Shown here in pieces: positions 1 to 8,517 of a stretch of DNA of 64,000 bases. Under the pieces are notes generated by a model. The model did not search any database and had not been told where the DNA came from. It worked only from the letters and a program-made list of their open reading frames with translations. Where the stretch lies: positions 1 to 64,000 of the forward strand of contig JBBCAW010000002.1 in the NCBI GenBank assembly GCA_051382295.1, written 5' to 3'. A program made the translations under genes and the position numbers. Origin of the DNA: Bdellovibrionota bacterium FG-1 (GTDB taxonomy: Bacteria; Bdellovibrionota; UBA1018). Within the stretch, counting starts at the first letter, position 1. The number at the start of each line of letters is the position of its first letter.

Positions 1-2
1 AT

Positions 3-407
3 TTTGGCTATCCGCGAGTGTTACCGGGTCACTTGATTTTTACCTCCGCGGAAGCGCAAGCGCATGTCGCCTTGGTTGATGCCGATCCCCAGTTGGTGGA
101 GTGGGTGAGTCGCTGTGGAACCTCTGGAAAGGTGCGGATCGGGACGGTTTTATCGGGCAATGAATTTGTGGGCACAGTTGAACGCAAGCGCGCTTTGGCG
201 GCCTTGCACGAGCAGGCTTTGCTAGTCGATATGGAGGCGGCGGGCGTGGCCCAGGTGGCGAGTCGTTTGAAGCTTCCTTTTGTGGTTGCTAAGACGGTGG
301 CGGATTGCTTGAATCCGGATGGCTCGATCGAAAATGATTTTCGGACTTGTCTGGAAGCCGCCTCGGTTCACGCGGCTAAGTGCTTGCGGGCGATGCTGGC
401 CCAATAA
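3..407 (+). CDS. mtnN: 5'-methylthioadenosine/SAH nucleosidase (PNP/UDP family), 5'-truncated by window edge
   Basis: Motifs GTVLSGNEFV and VDMEAAGVAQVA...PFVVAKTVAD; frame is open to the window start. Confidence 0.75.
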   Translation, partial: FGYPRVLPGHLIFTSAEAQAHVALVDADPQLVEWVSRCGTSGKVRIGTVLSGNEFVGTVERKRALAALHEQALLVDMEAAGVAQVASRLKLPFVVAKTVADCLNPDGSIENDFRTCLEAASVHAAKCLRAMLAQ

Positions 408-410
408 ACT

Positions 411-1421
411 CTAAATATCGTGGCAACGGATCTGGGGCGGTTGGCCGGGGATTTCAAGAACCCAGCAGCTGTCAAGAGGGTTGTATCTTTCCTTGATGCT
501 GAACTTTGTTTTTCCCAAATCAAAACCTATTTCTTCGTTTCCCTTGTGGAGTGCTATGCCATATTCGTTCAGGTGGATCTGAGTAATTTCCGGTTTGATT
601 TGATCCAGTTTTAGTTGAATCGCTTGAATACGTTCTTTTAATGCGGCAACTTCGGTACGTTTTCCAGCCTTTTTCTTCGCAGCGAGGTAGTCTCCCAGGG
701 TGGTCCGAGAAGGAGCGTCATCTTCGACCGTTGCCCCGAAGGCGGTCAAAGAGTAGTCCTCAGGCTCGAAGACGACTCCTTCCTCTTTAAAAAAATGGGC
801 GGCATATTCCTTAAATCCTATATGTCTTTGAATGAGGGCCGCGACTTGTGCTGGTTCTTCGCCCCCATGATAGAACAGCTTGATCCATTTTCCTTTTAAC
901 GTGGGGTGTTTAAATACGATTCGGTTGCCCGCGCCGGCTTGCTTCCAATCACCTAACGAATTTTTGACCATCAAGGGTTCTAGTGTTTGCCCGGGCTGGA
1001 GGATCCCTTGACCTTGAAGAACTCCTTCGAGTCGGCTTTGCATGGTTTCGCCTGGTTTAAGCCCTTCAAAGTGGTTTCCCGGAAGTTGAATCTTGGATCC
1101 GTCTTTCAAAATGTGCTCGCTGGCTCGGACCTGATAGATCTTACGTCCGTCGGAGGCAAAGGTCTTTACGGCTGGCGGCAGTATTTCTGGAGGCGATGGA
1201 TTTAGAGACCGTATGGGGAGGCCGGGTTTGCGTACGGTGGCGGCATCTCGATTGATCGGTATCGGTAGGTTGCTGGCGATTGAATCGAGGCAATGCCCTG
1301 GCTTTGAAGCCGGCCCTGGGTCGGTGGCGTGAGCAATTCCGGTCGTACTCCAGATCAGTAGGAGGAAAACGAAAAGCCTGAAAGGACTGCCGCGAAAAGG
1401 GCTGCTGATCTTGTGGGTCAC
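411..1421 (-). CDS. Secreted hypothetical protein, possible atypical protein-kinase-like fold
   Basis: Signal peptide ending GIAHA; GAGNRIVFKHP...KWIKL and TLGDYL resemble kinase-like N-lobe and hinge motifs. Confidence 0.6.
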   Translation of the reverse strand: MTHKISSPFRGSPFRLFVFLLLIWSTTGIAHATDPGPASKPGHCLDSIASNLPIPINRDAATVRKPGLPIRSLNPSPPEILPPAVKTFASDGRKIYQVRASEHILKDGSKIQLPGNHFEGLKPGETMQSRLEGVLQGQGILQPGQTLEPLMVKNSLGDWKQAGAGNRIVFKHPTLKGKWIKLFYHGGEEPAQVAALIQRHIGFKEYAAHFFKEEGVVFEPEDYSLTAFGATVEDDAPSRTTLGDYLAAKKKAGKRTEVAALKERIQAIQLKLDQIKPEITQIHLNEYGIALHKGNEEIGFDLGKTKFSIKERYNPLDSCWVLEIPGQPPQIRCHDI

Positions 1422-1431
1422 CTAATTTTAC

Positions 1432-1459
1432 TTATCGTCTATGGAACCGCCGCGCTTGA
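1432..1459 (-). promoter_or_regulatory. Sigma28 (FliA)-like promoter
   Basis: Minus strand TCAAG-N15-GACGATAA ending 10 nt upstream of the GTG at 1421. Confidence 0.65.
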
Positions 1460-1491
1460 GGCAAAAGGCGGATTCGTCAGCCTTTTGACTT

Positions 1492-2172
1492 TTGCTCATC
1501 AAGTTCAGATGCCCGACACAGGAATTTAAGTCCGAAATTCAGCCCGCTTGTTTCAAAACCGACATCAACGCACCAGCTATAGACGACCTAGCCCCTATTT
1601 TTTTAGGGAAAACTATATCCATTGAGTGGTCAAATTCGGACCGAATCTTGAATAGCCTCTTTAAAATGGCGATAGATTTAGAGACAAAGCTGGATATAGA
1701 GAGAGAAATAGGAAAATTCCTCGCGGGAATTAAGTTAACAGCAAAGGACTTGCAAACCGATGAAGCATCTCTTGAGTTTAATCATCTCAAGTCGCTTAAT
1801 TTTCAGGACGTTCATGACATTAATACGAGGATACTTACTGGATTCGAGTTTGATTCAAACGGGGTGTCTTCTCAGTCGGACGGGAGAAATATCGAAAAAT
1901 TTCTAAGACGAATGGGGACTCTTGGCTATCCGGATGGAATAACTATGGCGGAAAACATAAAAACGGTTGCCAGATTTTATGCTCGTTTTCTTCTTAAAAG
2001 AGACGCCGTCATTGATTCCGCATTGAGGGAAGTGATTAAATTCGATCCAATAGTACGAAGGAGTAAAGAAAAGGTTAGATCGGAGTCTAAGAAATTTAAA
2101 CTCATGTTAGTCACTTACCCTGAACTTATGAATGGCAAATTCAAAACTGAAGACGTATTGTGGCGTGAATAA
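1492..2172 (+). CDS. Hypothetical protein, AT-rich (true start possibly ATG 1666)
   Basis: 226-codon ORF in an AT-rich segment; no recognisable motif. Confidence 0.55.
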   Translation: MLIKFRCPTQEFKSEIQPACFKTDINAPAIDDLAPIFLGKTISIEWSNSDRILNSLFKMAIDLETKLDIEREIGKFLAGIKLTAKDLQTDEASLEFNHLKSLNFQDVHDINTRILTGFEFDSNGVSSQSDGRNIEKFLRRMGTLGYPDGITMAENIKTVARFYARFLLKRDAVIDSALREVIKFDPIVRRSKEKVRSESKKFKLMLVTYPELMNGKFKTEDVLWRE

Positions 2173-2197
2173 ATAGAGAAGCTTTATCTCAAAAACC

Positions 2198-2842
2198 CTA
2201 ATTGAATTTCCTGGCAAGGATCAAAACCGTTTCGGCCTTAGATTCTATGTCTTGCTTGTCGATCTTTGGGTCGAATTCATGATTTTCAGAATCACAGAAA
2301 GTTCCAAGTATTTTACTCATGTTACATCTTAGTGCCGATGACATGCGGGGATCACAATCGAAATAAGAAGCTGTGATTCTTCGAAGAACGTTTTGGACCA
2401 TTTCGTCATCTGGCTCTGAGATGTCCTCTGATGACAATACTTGCGAAATGGCACTTTCTATTTTTGATCCGATTTTGTCGGCTGCAAAATCCAACAAAAC
2501 ACCAGTCTTTCTTAGACAAAAAATAAATCTCGATGCAGCCATTTGGATCTGAATCCTGGTAGGGTAGCGTCGTTTTGATTCCGCTGTCAGGATACATTGA
2601 ATTTCATCACTCCAGGGAATACCAAATACTTTGGAGAAAAGGACTGGGTCACTTAAAGATGATCTCTTTTCGAAATAGTCGTCCAATTGAGCAGAGGCAG
2701 TAAGCAGAAACTCTTCTTTATTGGAGGCAAAATCGGAAAGCCATTGAACTATTTTAGCAAGACATTGAGAATCAGGGACTCCAAGATTGCGGTCCATCAA
2801 AAGGGCCTGTTTTAGTTCTTGGATTTCTAATTCACAATTCAT
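2198..2842 (-). CDS. Hypothetical protein, AT-rich
   Basis: ATG 2842 is preceded by a GAGG RBS and TTGCTT-N17-TATAAT; no recognisable motif. Confidence 0.65.
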   Translation of the reverse strand: MNCELEIQELKQALLMDRNLGVPDSQCLAKIVQWLSDFASNKEEFLLTASAQLDDYFEKRSSLSDPVLFSKVFGIPWSDEIQCILTAESKRRYPTRIQIQMAASRFIFCLRKTGVLLDFAADKIGSKIESAISQVLSSEDISEPDDEMVQNVLRRITASYFDCDPRMSSALRCNMSKILGTFCDSENHEFDPKIDKQDIESKAETVLILARKFN

Positions 2843-3035
2843 CCAAACCTCTGTATACCTGATTATATTACTGTGAATTAACCTAAGCAATTGAAATCTA
2901 TATGAAACTTGTACCGCAAAATTCAGGGTTTATAACTGTTTGGATTTTATGCCTTTTTATCCAACTCGGCGGGACCGATACGCTTTCGGCTTTCGACCAA
3001 GCCTGTCCCGTCCCAGGTATATTGGGGGACCCGTT

Positions 3036-4277
3036 TTAAAGAGGTTGGGCCTCGCCCCCGAGAGGGCGGGGCTCTGCGGGCTCGCCGCATTGCTCGCACG
3101 GCGGCGTCGTAGGGTCCGGTGGGATGTCAAAAGCCAAACCTGAGCCTAGCGTTGAACCATTCGCTACATGGTATTGGATGACCGAAGCCCTTCCATCCTC
3201 GGCGCGTTCAAGCCAGGCAATGTGAATGGTCTCTCCGTTGACCGCGATCTTGCTGTCAGGGGCTTTACTCAGGGCACCCCCCGCAAACGGGATTAAGGCA
3301 GAGGCCGGCATATTCGCTACGAGAGTCTGCGTGACAAATCCTGCGGCACCGCCCTCGGCCAACAGGGTGATGGAGCTTTCGCTGACCTGAAAGATGAGCG
3401 CTTTGCCTTTGCTCGAAAAAGTAAAATCACGGCGAACCCCTGCTTTCAGGGTGGGGCCATTGACGAGAGTTTTGCTGTCGGTAACCCAAAGTTTTCCCGA
3501 TGCGTTGGCGCCTAGGACACGAAAAATCGCTCCATCGGTCCAAACTGCGAGCGGCACTCCGGACATCCGGAGATCATACGGCGAACCCGAGAACAGGAGT
3601 TTGACCGCGCAGCCGTCAAAGAGGGTGATGCCGTCACAGGTGGCTGTCTTGGGAGCAAACGCGATCGCAAGCTTCCCTTTCGCGCTTGCACTGGCGATGC
3701 GAGCGATTGGACCGGTCTTATAGGTGGTTTGATCCACCAGGCTGCCATCTTCGGCTTCGGTTTGGACATGAATTTGGTCGGCCAGAGCACTCACAAAAAC
3801 AGTGGTCCCGTCGATCTGTTCAACGTGCGGGTCACCACTCACGTGGGTGATGGGTTTATCTTGGGCGGCATTCAGGAGGCTGTATTTGGTTCCAGATCTT
3901 CCGCCATCAGATTTTTCTGGCGAGCTACGAAAAAGGAATTGCTTGATGTCTTGCGATGCACCCGCTCCGAGTGGTGAATCATAACTGGCCGAACCGCTCA
4001 ACGAAAGGCCATCGTTTTCTGGCAAATCGTCGACCTTAAAAAGCGATGCTTTTCCGTCCCTCGGGATCGATATTCCACGCACGATCGTGTTGGTTATTTG
4101 TTGGCTCCACCAATTGGCCTGCCAGTAAAGAGTCGCTCCGGTTGAATGGGCCGCAAGCGAAATTTCTGAGATTTCTAGTCCGCTGGAGGTGTCTATTGTT
4201 TGAGGCGTCCCACCGCCGATGCAGCCGGACAGGAGTAAAATGGAAAGAGGGATACCGACAGGTGAGAATTTTAACAT
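3036..4277 (-). CDS. Putative lipoprotein
   Basis: Lipobox LLLSGC; beta-rich body; Pro-rich CxxC tail. Confidence 0.7.
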   Translation of the reverse strand: MLKFSPVGIPLSILLLSGCIGGGTPQTIDTSSGLEISEISLAAHSTGATLYWQANWWSQQITNTIVRGISIPRDGKASLFKVDDLPENDGLSLSGSASYDSPLGAGASQDIKQFLFRSSPEKSDGGRSGTKYSLLNAAQDKPITHVSGDPHVEQIDGTTVFVSALADQIHVQTEAEDGSLVDQTTYKTGPIARIASASAKGKLAIAFAPKTATCDGITLFDGCAVKLLFSGSPYDLRMSGVPLAVWTDGAIFRVLGANASGKLWVTDSKTLVNGPTLKAGVRRDFTFSSKGKALIFQVSESSITLLAEGGAAGFVTQTLVANMPASALIPFAGGALSKAPDSKIAVNGETIHIAWLERAEDGRASVIQYHVANGSTLGSGLAFDIPPDPTTPPCEQCGEPAEPRPLGGEAQPL

Positions 4278-4328
4278 GGTGCGTCGATATCAGTGGCGGT
4301 GCACCGTGTCAAGCGAGGATGCTGTTTT

Positions 4329-4904
4329 TTATCGGACCGTTTTCAGAAGTGCCCGTTTTTGTTCCTGAAACTCATCCTCGGTCAGAGCCGCTTTGTCCCG
4401 AAGTGCTTGAAGGCGTTCCAGCTGCGAAAGAACCGAAGGCGTTTCAGTGGGCTCAGTTGGCGCGGGGCTCGATTGAAACAGCTCCCGAATCTGCGCCATC
4501 CAGGCGTCCGCAATCGGGCGCTCGCTTCTGCCATACACGACCAAAGTATCTGCGAGCAGGTCGTGCAGAGTCTGTTTCTTGGGGTTGAAAAGGGCGAAGA
4601 AAAAACCAATAAACAGCAACATCGACGAAACAAATTTGAGAACGTTACGAATCGTGGCGGCCCGAAGCGAAATTCGCCGCCCCATGGGATCGGTTACTTG
4701 AATGCCGACCAAATGTTTGCCGAGAGTCGCGCGGAGTTCAGAGGATTCTAGTATCGGCGCATAGAAAAACAGAACGACCAGGCTGCCGATGACGGGGATG
4801 ATGTGGCCCGCGAGCGCACAGGGGATGAATAAAATCATCAAGTCGAGGAGGAGGGCTAAAAATCTTCTTCCTAAAGGGGCGTATGAAGTCATATCAAGCG
4901 GCAT
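4329..4904 (-). CDS. RDD family membrane protein with C-terminal SHOCT domain
   Basis: YAPLGRRFLALLLD, ATLGK..VGIQV, QTLHDLLADT; LERLQALRDKAALTEDEFQEQKRALL (SHOCT); alternative start at 4892. Confidence 0.85.
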   Translation of the reverse strand: MPLDMTSYAPLGRRFLALLLDLMILFIPCALAGHIIPVIGSLVVLFFYAPILESSELRATLGKHLVGIQVTDPMGRRISLRAATIRNVLKFVSSMLLFIGFFFALFNPKKQTLHDLLADTLVVYGRSERPIADAWMAQIRELFQSSPAPTEPTETPSVLSQLERLQALRDKAALTEDEFQEQKRALLKTVR

Positions 4905-5232
4905 AAAGTTCTTTTCCTTCATGAAGGACCAACTCAGGAAGTGTGCCAATGATCGTCTTATTTTCCTCAAATTCTATTGTAGTAATAATCACAATATCCA
5001 CTGGGGCGGGAATCCCTTGCAGCGTAGAGCGATGGGCTTTCTGCGCAAGTTGATAGCCAGGAACCTTAATCTGCGCCATCACCACGAGGAGATCATAATC
5101 GCTTCCTTCTCCGGCATCGCCACGAGCTCGCGAACCAAAAAGAAAGACGCGAGTAGGGTTAAATTCCTTCACTAATCTTTGTACGATTTCAGCGAGGATT
5201 GGATCTTTATCGAGAAGGGTGGTGTTTGTCAT
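4894..5232 (-). CDS. Minimal nucleotidyltransferase (MNT-type antitoxin), orphan
   Basis: FLFGSRARGDAGEGSDYDLLVV, PVDIV and EGKELYAA motifs. Confidence 0.85.
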   Translation of the reverse strand: MTNTTLLDKDPILAEIVQRLVKEFNPTRVFLFGSRARGDAGEGSDYDLLVVMAQIKVPGYQLAQKAHRSTLQGIPAPVDIVIITTIEFEENKTIIGTLPELVLHEGKELYAA

Positions 5233-5559
5233 TCTTGATCGAGTGTAGCGTTTTTCACGATGGGAAGCTAGTTCGCAAAAAGTTAAAACGCCGCGCCAAC
5301 CGTCATCCCAACGATATTGCTCGTTTCGCCATCGCCGCCGCAGCGGCGGTGCTATTTTTACTGAATTTTCATTTGACACGATTTTTGTCGTAGATTTTGG
5401 GATAGGTAGCCTTGGTTTTTAAAACCCCATAAAACGGCCGCAAATTGGCCAAAAATCAATCAAGTGACATTGTCTTTAAATGAAAGCCCTCCCGACTTGG
5501 TGAAAATCGAATCCAGCGGCACAAAATGCCTCGAAAAATGCCGTGTTATACGGAGTTTT

Positions 5560-6507
5560 ATGAAAATGATTCATTCAGAACTCAAAAACATTTCCTCCGA
5601 TGAACTCCTCCGTCGAACCAAGAATATCGTCGCCGAAGAACGCAGGCTCACGGTTTTGCTCATTTCGCACCTCGAAGAAATCCAGACGCGCAGACTTTAT
5701 GCCGCGCAAGGCTTTAGCTCGATGTGGGAATTTTGCACTCGCTTCTTGGGCCTAAGCGAAGGAGCCTCGCAACGCCGACTTGCGGCGATGAGGCTCGCGC
5801 ACGACGCGCCGGAGGCGAAGGCCGCGCTCGAATCAGGTGCGCTTTCGCTCAGTAATGCCGCAAAAATCCATTCGTTTAGGCAAAATCAAAAAAAACAGGG
5901 TAAAAGCCCCATGCCGGCGCAAGAACTCATCCGACAAGTTGAATCCATGTCCCAACGGGAGTGTGAAGCTAAACTTCATGAAATTTCGCCCGAGGCGTTG
6001 CCGCCGGAGCGGGAACGAATTGTTTCAGCTCAGCGAGACCATGAACTCAAAATGGTGATCTCTGATGAAGTCTATCAAAAGCTCCAGCAAATCAAAGGCC
6101 TGCTTGCCCATGCCAAACCCAATGCCACTATGAGCGAACTACTCGAATACTTGGTGAACGAAACCTTGCCGCGCCTTGAAAAAAAGAAGGGCATCGCGAC
6201 AGAAACCACCGCCGCTGCGAAAGTGCCGGCCGTCGCTGCGCCAGCGAAAGCGCTTCCTGCGGGGCAACGAGTCTACCTTTCGGTTTCGGTTCGGCGCGAA
6301 GTCTTTTTGCGTGCGCAGGGACGGTGCGAGTATATCTACCAAGGTCGGCGATGCACTTCCCGTTTTGCACTTGAACTGGATCATATTCGCCCTCTTGCCT
6401 TGGGCGGGGCCAATGAGAGAGAGAATTTTAGGCTATTGTGCAAATGTCATAATCTGCAGCAAGCCCAAGCCAAGCTCGGGGATTATTGGCGTGGCGATCA
6501 AAAATAG
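5560..6507 (+). CDS. HNH endonuclease (Bdellovibrio-type, helical N-terminal domain)
   Basis: C-terminal CEY...C.SRFALELDHIRPLALGG...NFRLLCKCHN; N-terminal RRLYAAQGFSSMWEFC..LGLSEG. Confidence 0.85.
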   Translation: MKMIHSELKNISSDELLRRTKNIVAEERRLTVLLISHLEEIQTRRLYAAQGFSSMWEFCTRFLGLSEGASQRRLAAMRLAHDAPEAKAALESGALSLSNAAKIHSFRQNQKKQGKSPMPAQELIRQVESMSQRECEAKLHEISPEALPPERERIVSAQRDHELKMVISDEVYQKLQQIKGLLAHAKPNATMSELLEYLVNETLPRLEKKKGIATETTAAAKVPAVAAPAKALPAGQRVYLSVSVRREVFLRAQGRCEYIYQGRRCTSRFALELDHIRPLALGGANERENFRLLCKCHNLQQAQAKLGDYWRGDQK

Positions 6508-6581
6508 CTCATTGAGCCGGCGCACTTTTGTGAGGTTCTTCTTTCGAACCTTTCGAACCTTCTTCGACCTTCAACTCCTGA

Positions 6582-7082
6582 GTGGGCGGCGTGGCGTTAG
6601 GCGTCTCCATCCCGGCCTACTACCTTTCCGATGATATTTTTGCCAAAGCGGTTTACACGGTGGGCGAAACGCTTGGAATTGCCGCCGTGGGATATGGGTC
6701 CTATTTGGTATTGATTGAGGACGATTTTAGTCGTTTTCAACGCATCATTAAGGGCGTCCCCGAGCTTTCACTTGCTCAGCTGGATCACCTTGCGGAGCAG
6801 TTTCTTGAGGAAAACGCGCAAAGAGCCCGGCAAGTGAGGACTATTCGCGTCATTACCCATTCTTTAGCCGCAGGCCTGAGTCTCCTGGATGGAACGACCT
6901 CTTCCGATCAAAATCTCAAGATTGCTCATCTTTTTTTGGGCGGGATCAATACTCTCGCCGCGCTGAGTTTTGGTTTTTCCAAATCCGAAGAAGAAAACTT
7001 TGCCAGTTCGCTCGGAGGTAAGAAAAAGGCGAGTGTGGAGTTGCTCGTAGGGCCAATGGTAGGGATGCGTGTCAGATTCTGA
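6582..7082 (+). CDS. Hypothetical membrane protein, probably lacking its N-terminus
   Basis: GTG directly follows an in-frame TGA, with no RBS; four hydrophobic segments. Confidence 0.5.
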   Translation: MGGVALGVSIPAYYLSDDIFAKAVYTVGETLGIAAVGYGSYLVLIEDDFSRFQRIIKGVPELSLAQLDHLAEQFLEENAQRARQVRTIRVITHSLAAGLSLLDGTTSSDQNLKIAHLFLGGINTLAALSFGFSKSEEENFASSLGGKKKASVELLVGPMVGMRVRF

Positions 7083-7132
7083 CGGGATTTGAGATCTTGT
7101 CAATACCCGGCCGAAGGTGCAGAATCCAGGGT

Positions 7133-8383
7133 ATGGAAAAATTCACAAAAGAAGAGCTGGCCCGCCTTCATCCTGAAACCCTCGCATTAAGTCTTGGTTT
7201 TGATCCCTGTCTCAGCGAAGGCTCGGTGAAACCGCCTGCTTTTTTAACCTCCACCTTTGCATTTAAAAAAGCGTCCGATGGTAAGCAGTTTTTTGCGTGG
7301 CTTCATGGTCATGGGACGCCGCCTGACAAAGAGCATATGGGGTTGGTGTACTCCCGCATCAATAATCCCAATTTGGAAATTTTCGAGGATCGTTTGGCGA
7401 TGTGGGAGGGGATGAATCGCGCCGTTAGTTTTTCGAGTGGCATGGCGGCCATCAGCACGACGTTGCTGGCGCTTTTGGAGCCTGGCGATGAAGTCATTGC
7501 TCTTCAACCATTATATGGCGGCACCGAAGGTTTTTTAGCGGATTTTCTCCCTCGTTTTGGAATCACTTCTAAGAATATTTCCGCTGGGCCTGGTGCGGTC
7601 GCGGCAGTCGAAAAGGTGATTACGCCTAAGACGCGCCTCATTTTTATTGAGTCACCGGCCAATCCCAACCTCCGGCTTACCGATATTGAGGGCATGAAAA
7701 AGCTCGCGGTTCAGTACGGCAAGGGGCGAATTCTCGTTGCCGTGGATAATACCGTCGCGGGTCCTGTCTTTTCCCGCCCCGGAAAATTTGGCGCGGATAT
7801 TGTGATCTATTCAGCGACTAAATATATCGGAGGGCACTCTGACCTCGTTGCCGGGGCCGTTCTGATGAATGATCCCGAGATTCTTACAAAAATTCTCGGC
7901 CATCGCGCGGCCTTGGGTGGAATGCCCAACGCTTATACCGCTTGGTTGTTGACGCGATCTTTAGAGACCTTGAAAATCCGAATGGAGGCGATGCAGGAAA
8001 ATGCATTGCGCGTCGCCCGTTTTCTTGAAACCCATCCGAAGGTCAAAAAAGTCTATTTTCTCGGTCTCCTCAAAGAGGGAGATGCTGAATACGCATTATT
8101 TAAAAAACAATATACGGGCACGGGTTCGCTCATGTCTTTTGATATTCGTGGCGGAGAGGCCGAGGCTTTCCGATTCTTGGATCGTCTGCGTTTAGTCAAA
8201 CTGGCGGTCTCTTTGGGGTCCACGGAGTCGTTAGCGGAACATCCCGATACGATGACGCATTCAGCGGTTTCGCCCGAACTCAAAAAAGTCGGGGAAATTA
8301 CCGGCAGTCTGGTTCGCCTTTCGATCGGGATTGAAAACTCCGATGACCTCATTTGGGATATCGGACAGGCGTTAGACGGCTAG
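7133..8383 (+). CDS. Cys/Met metabolism PLP enzyme (cystathionine gamma-synthase / methionine gamma-lyase family)
   Basis: YSRINNPN, FSSGMAAI, ESPANP, VDNT, YSATKYIGGHSD, AVSLG, RLSIGIE. Confidence 0.93.
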   Translation: MEKFTKEELARLHPETLALSLGFDPCLSEGSVKPPAFLTSTFAFKKASDGKQFFAWLHGHGTPPDKEHMGLVYSRINNPNLEIFEDRLAMWEGMNRAVSFSSGMAAISTTLLALLEPGDEVIALQPLYGGTEGFLADFLPRFGITSKNISAGPGAVAAVEKVITPKTRLIFIESPANPNLRLTDIEGMKKLAVQYGKGRILVAVDNTVAGPVFSRPGKFGADIVIYSATKYIGGHSDLVAGAVLMNDPEILTKILGHRAALGGMPNAYTAWLLTRSLETLKIRMEAMQENALRVARFLETHPKVKKVYFLGLLKEGDAEYALFKKQYTGTGSLMSFDIRGGEAEAFRFLDRLRLVKLAVSLGSTESLAEHPDTMTHSAVSPELKKVGEITGSLVRLSIGIENSDDLIWDIGQALDG

Positions 8384-8401
8384 AGGTGCTCCGCACCTTT
8401 T
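8384..8401 (+). terminator. Rho-independent terminator
   Basis: AGGTGC-TCC-GCACCT followed by T residues, immediately after the stop codon. Confidence 0.55.
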
Positions 8402-8447
8402 GGTAGAGGCTTGCGTCATTATGTTGACGAAACCCCTTTGGATCCAA

Positions 8448-8480
8448 TTCACTTACGCGATTTTTTCACTTACGCGATTT
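8448..8480. repeat. Tandem 17-bp-period repeat TTCACTTACGCGATTT x2 in a promoter region
   Basis: Exact 16-mer at 8448-8463 and 8465-8480. Confidence 0.85.
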
Positions 8481-8517
8481 CGTCCAGATTTTAGCGTTTT
8501 TAACCGAACAGTTAATC

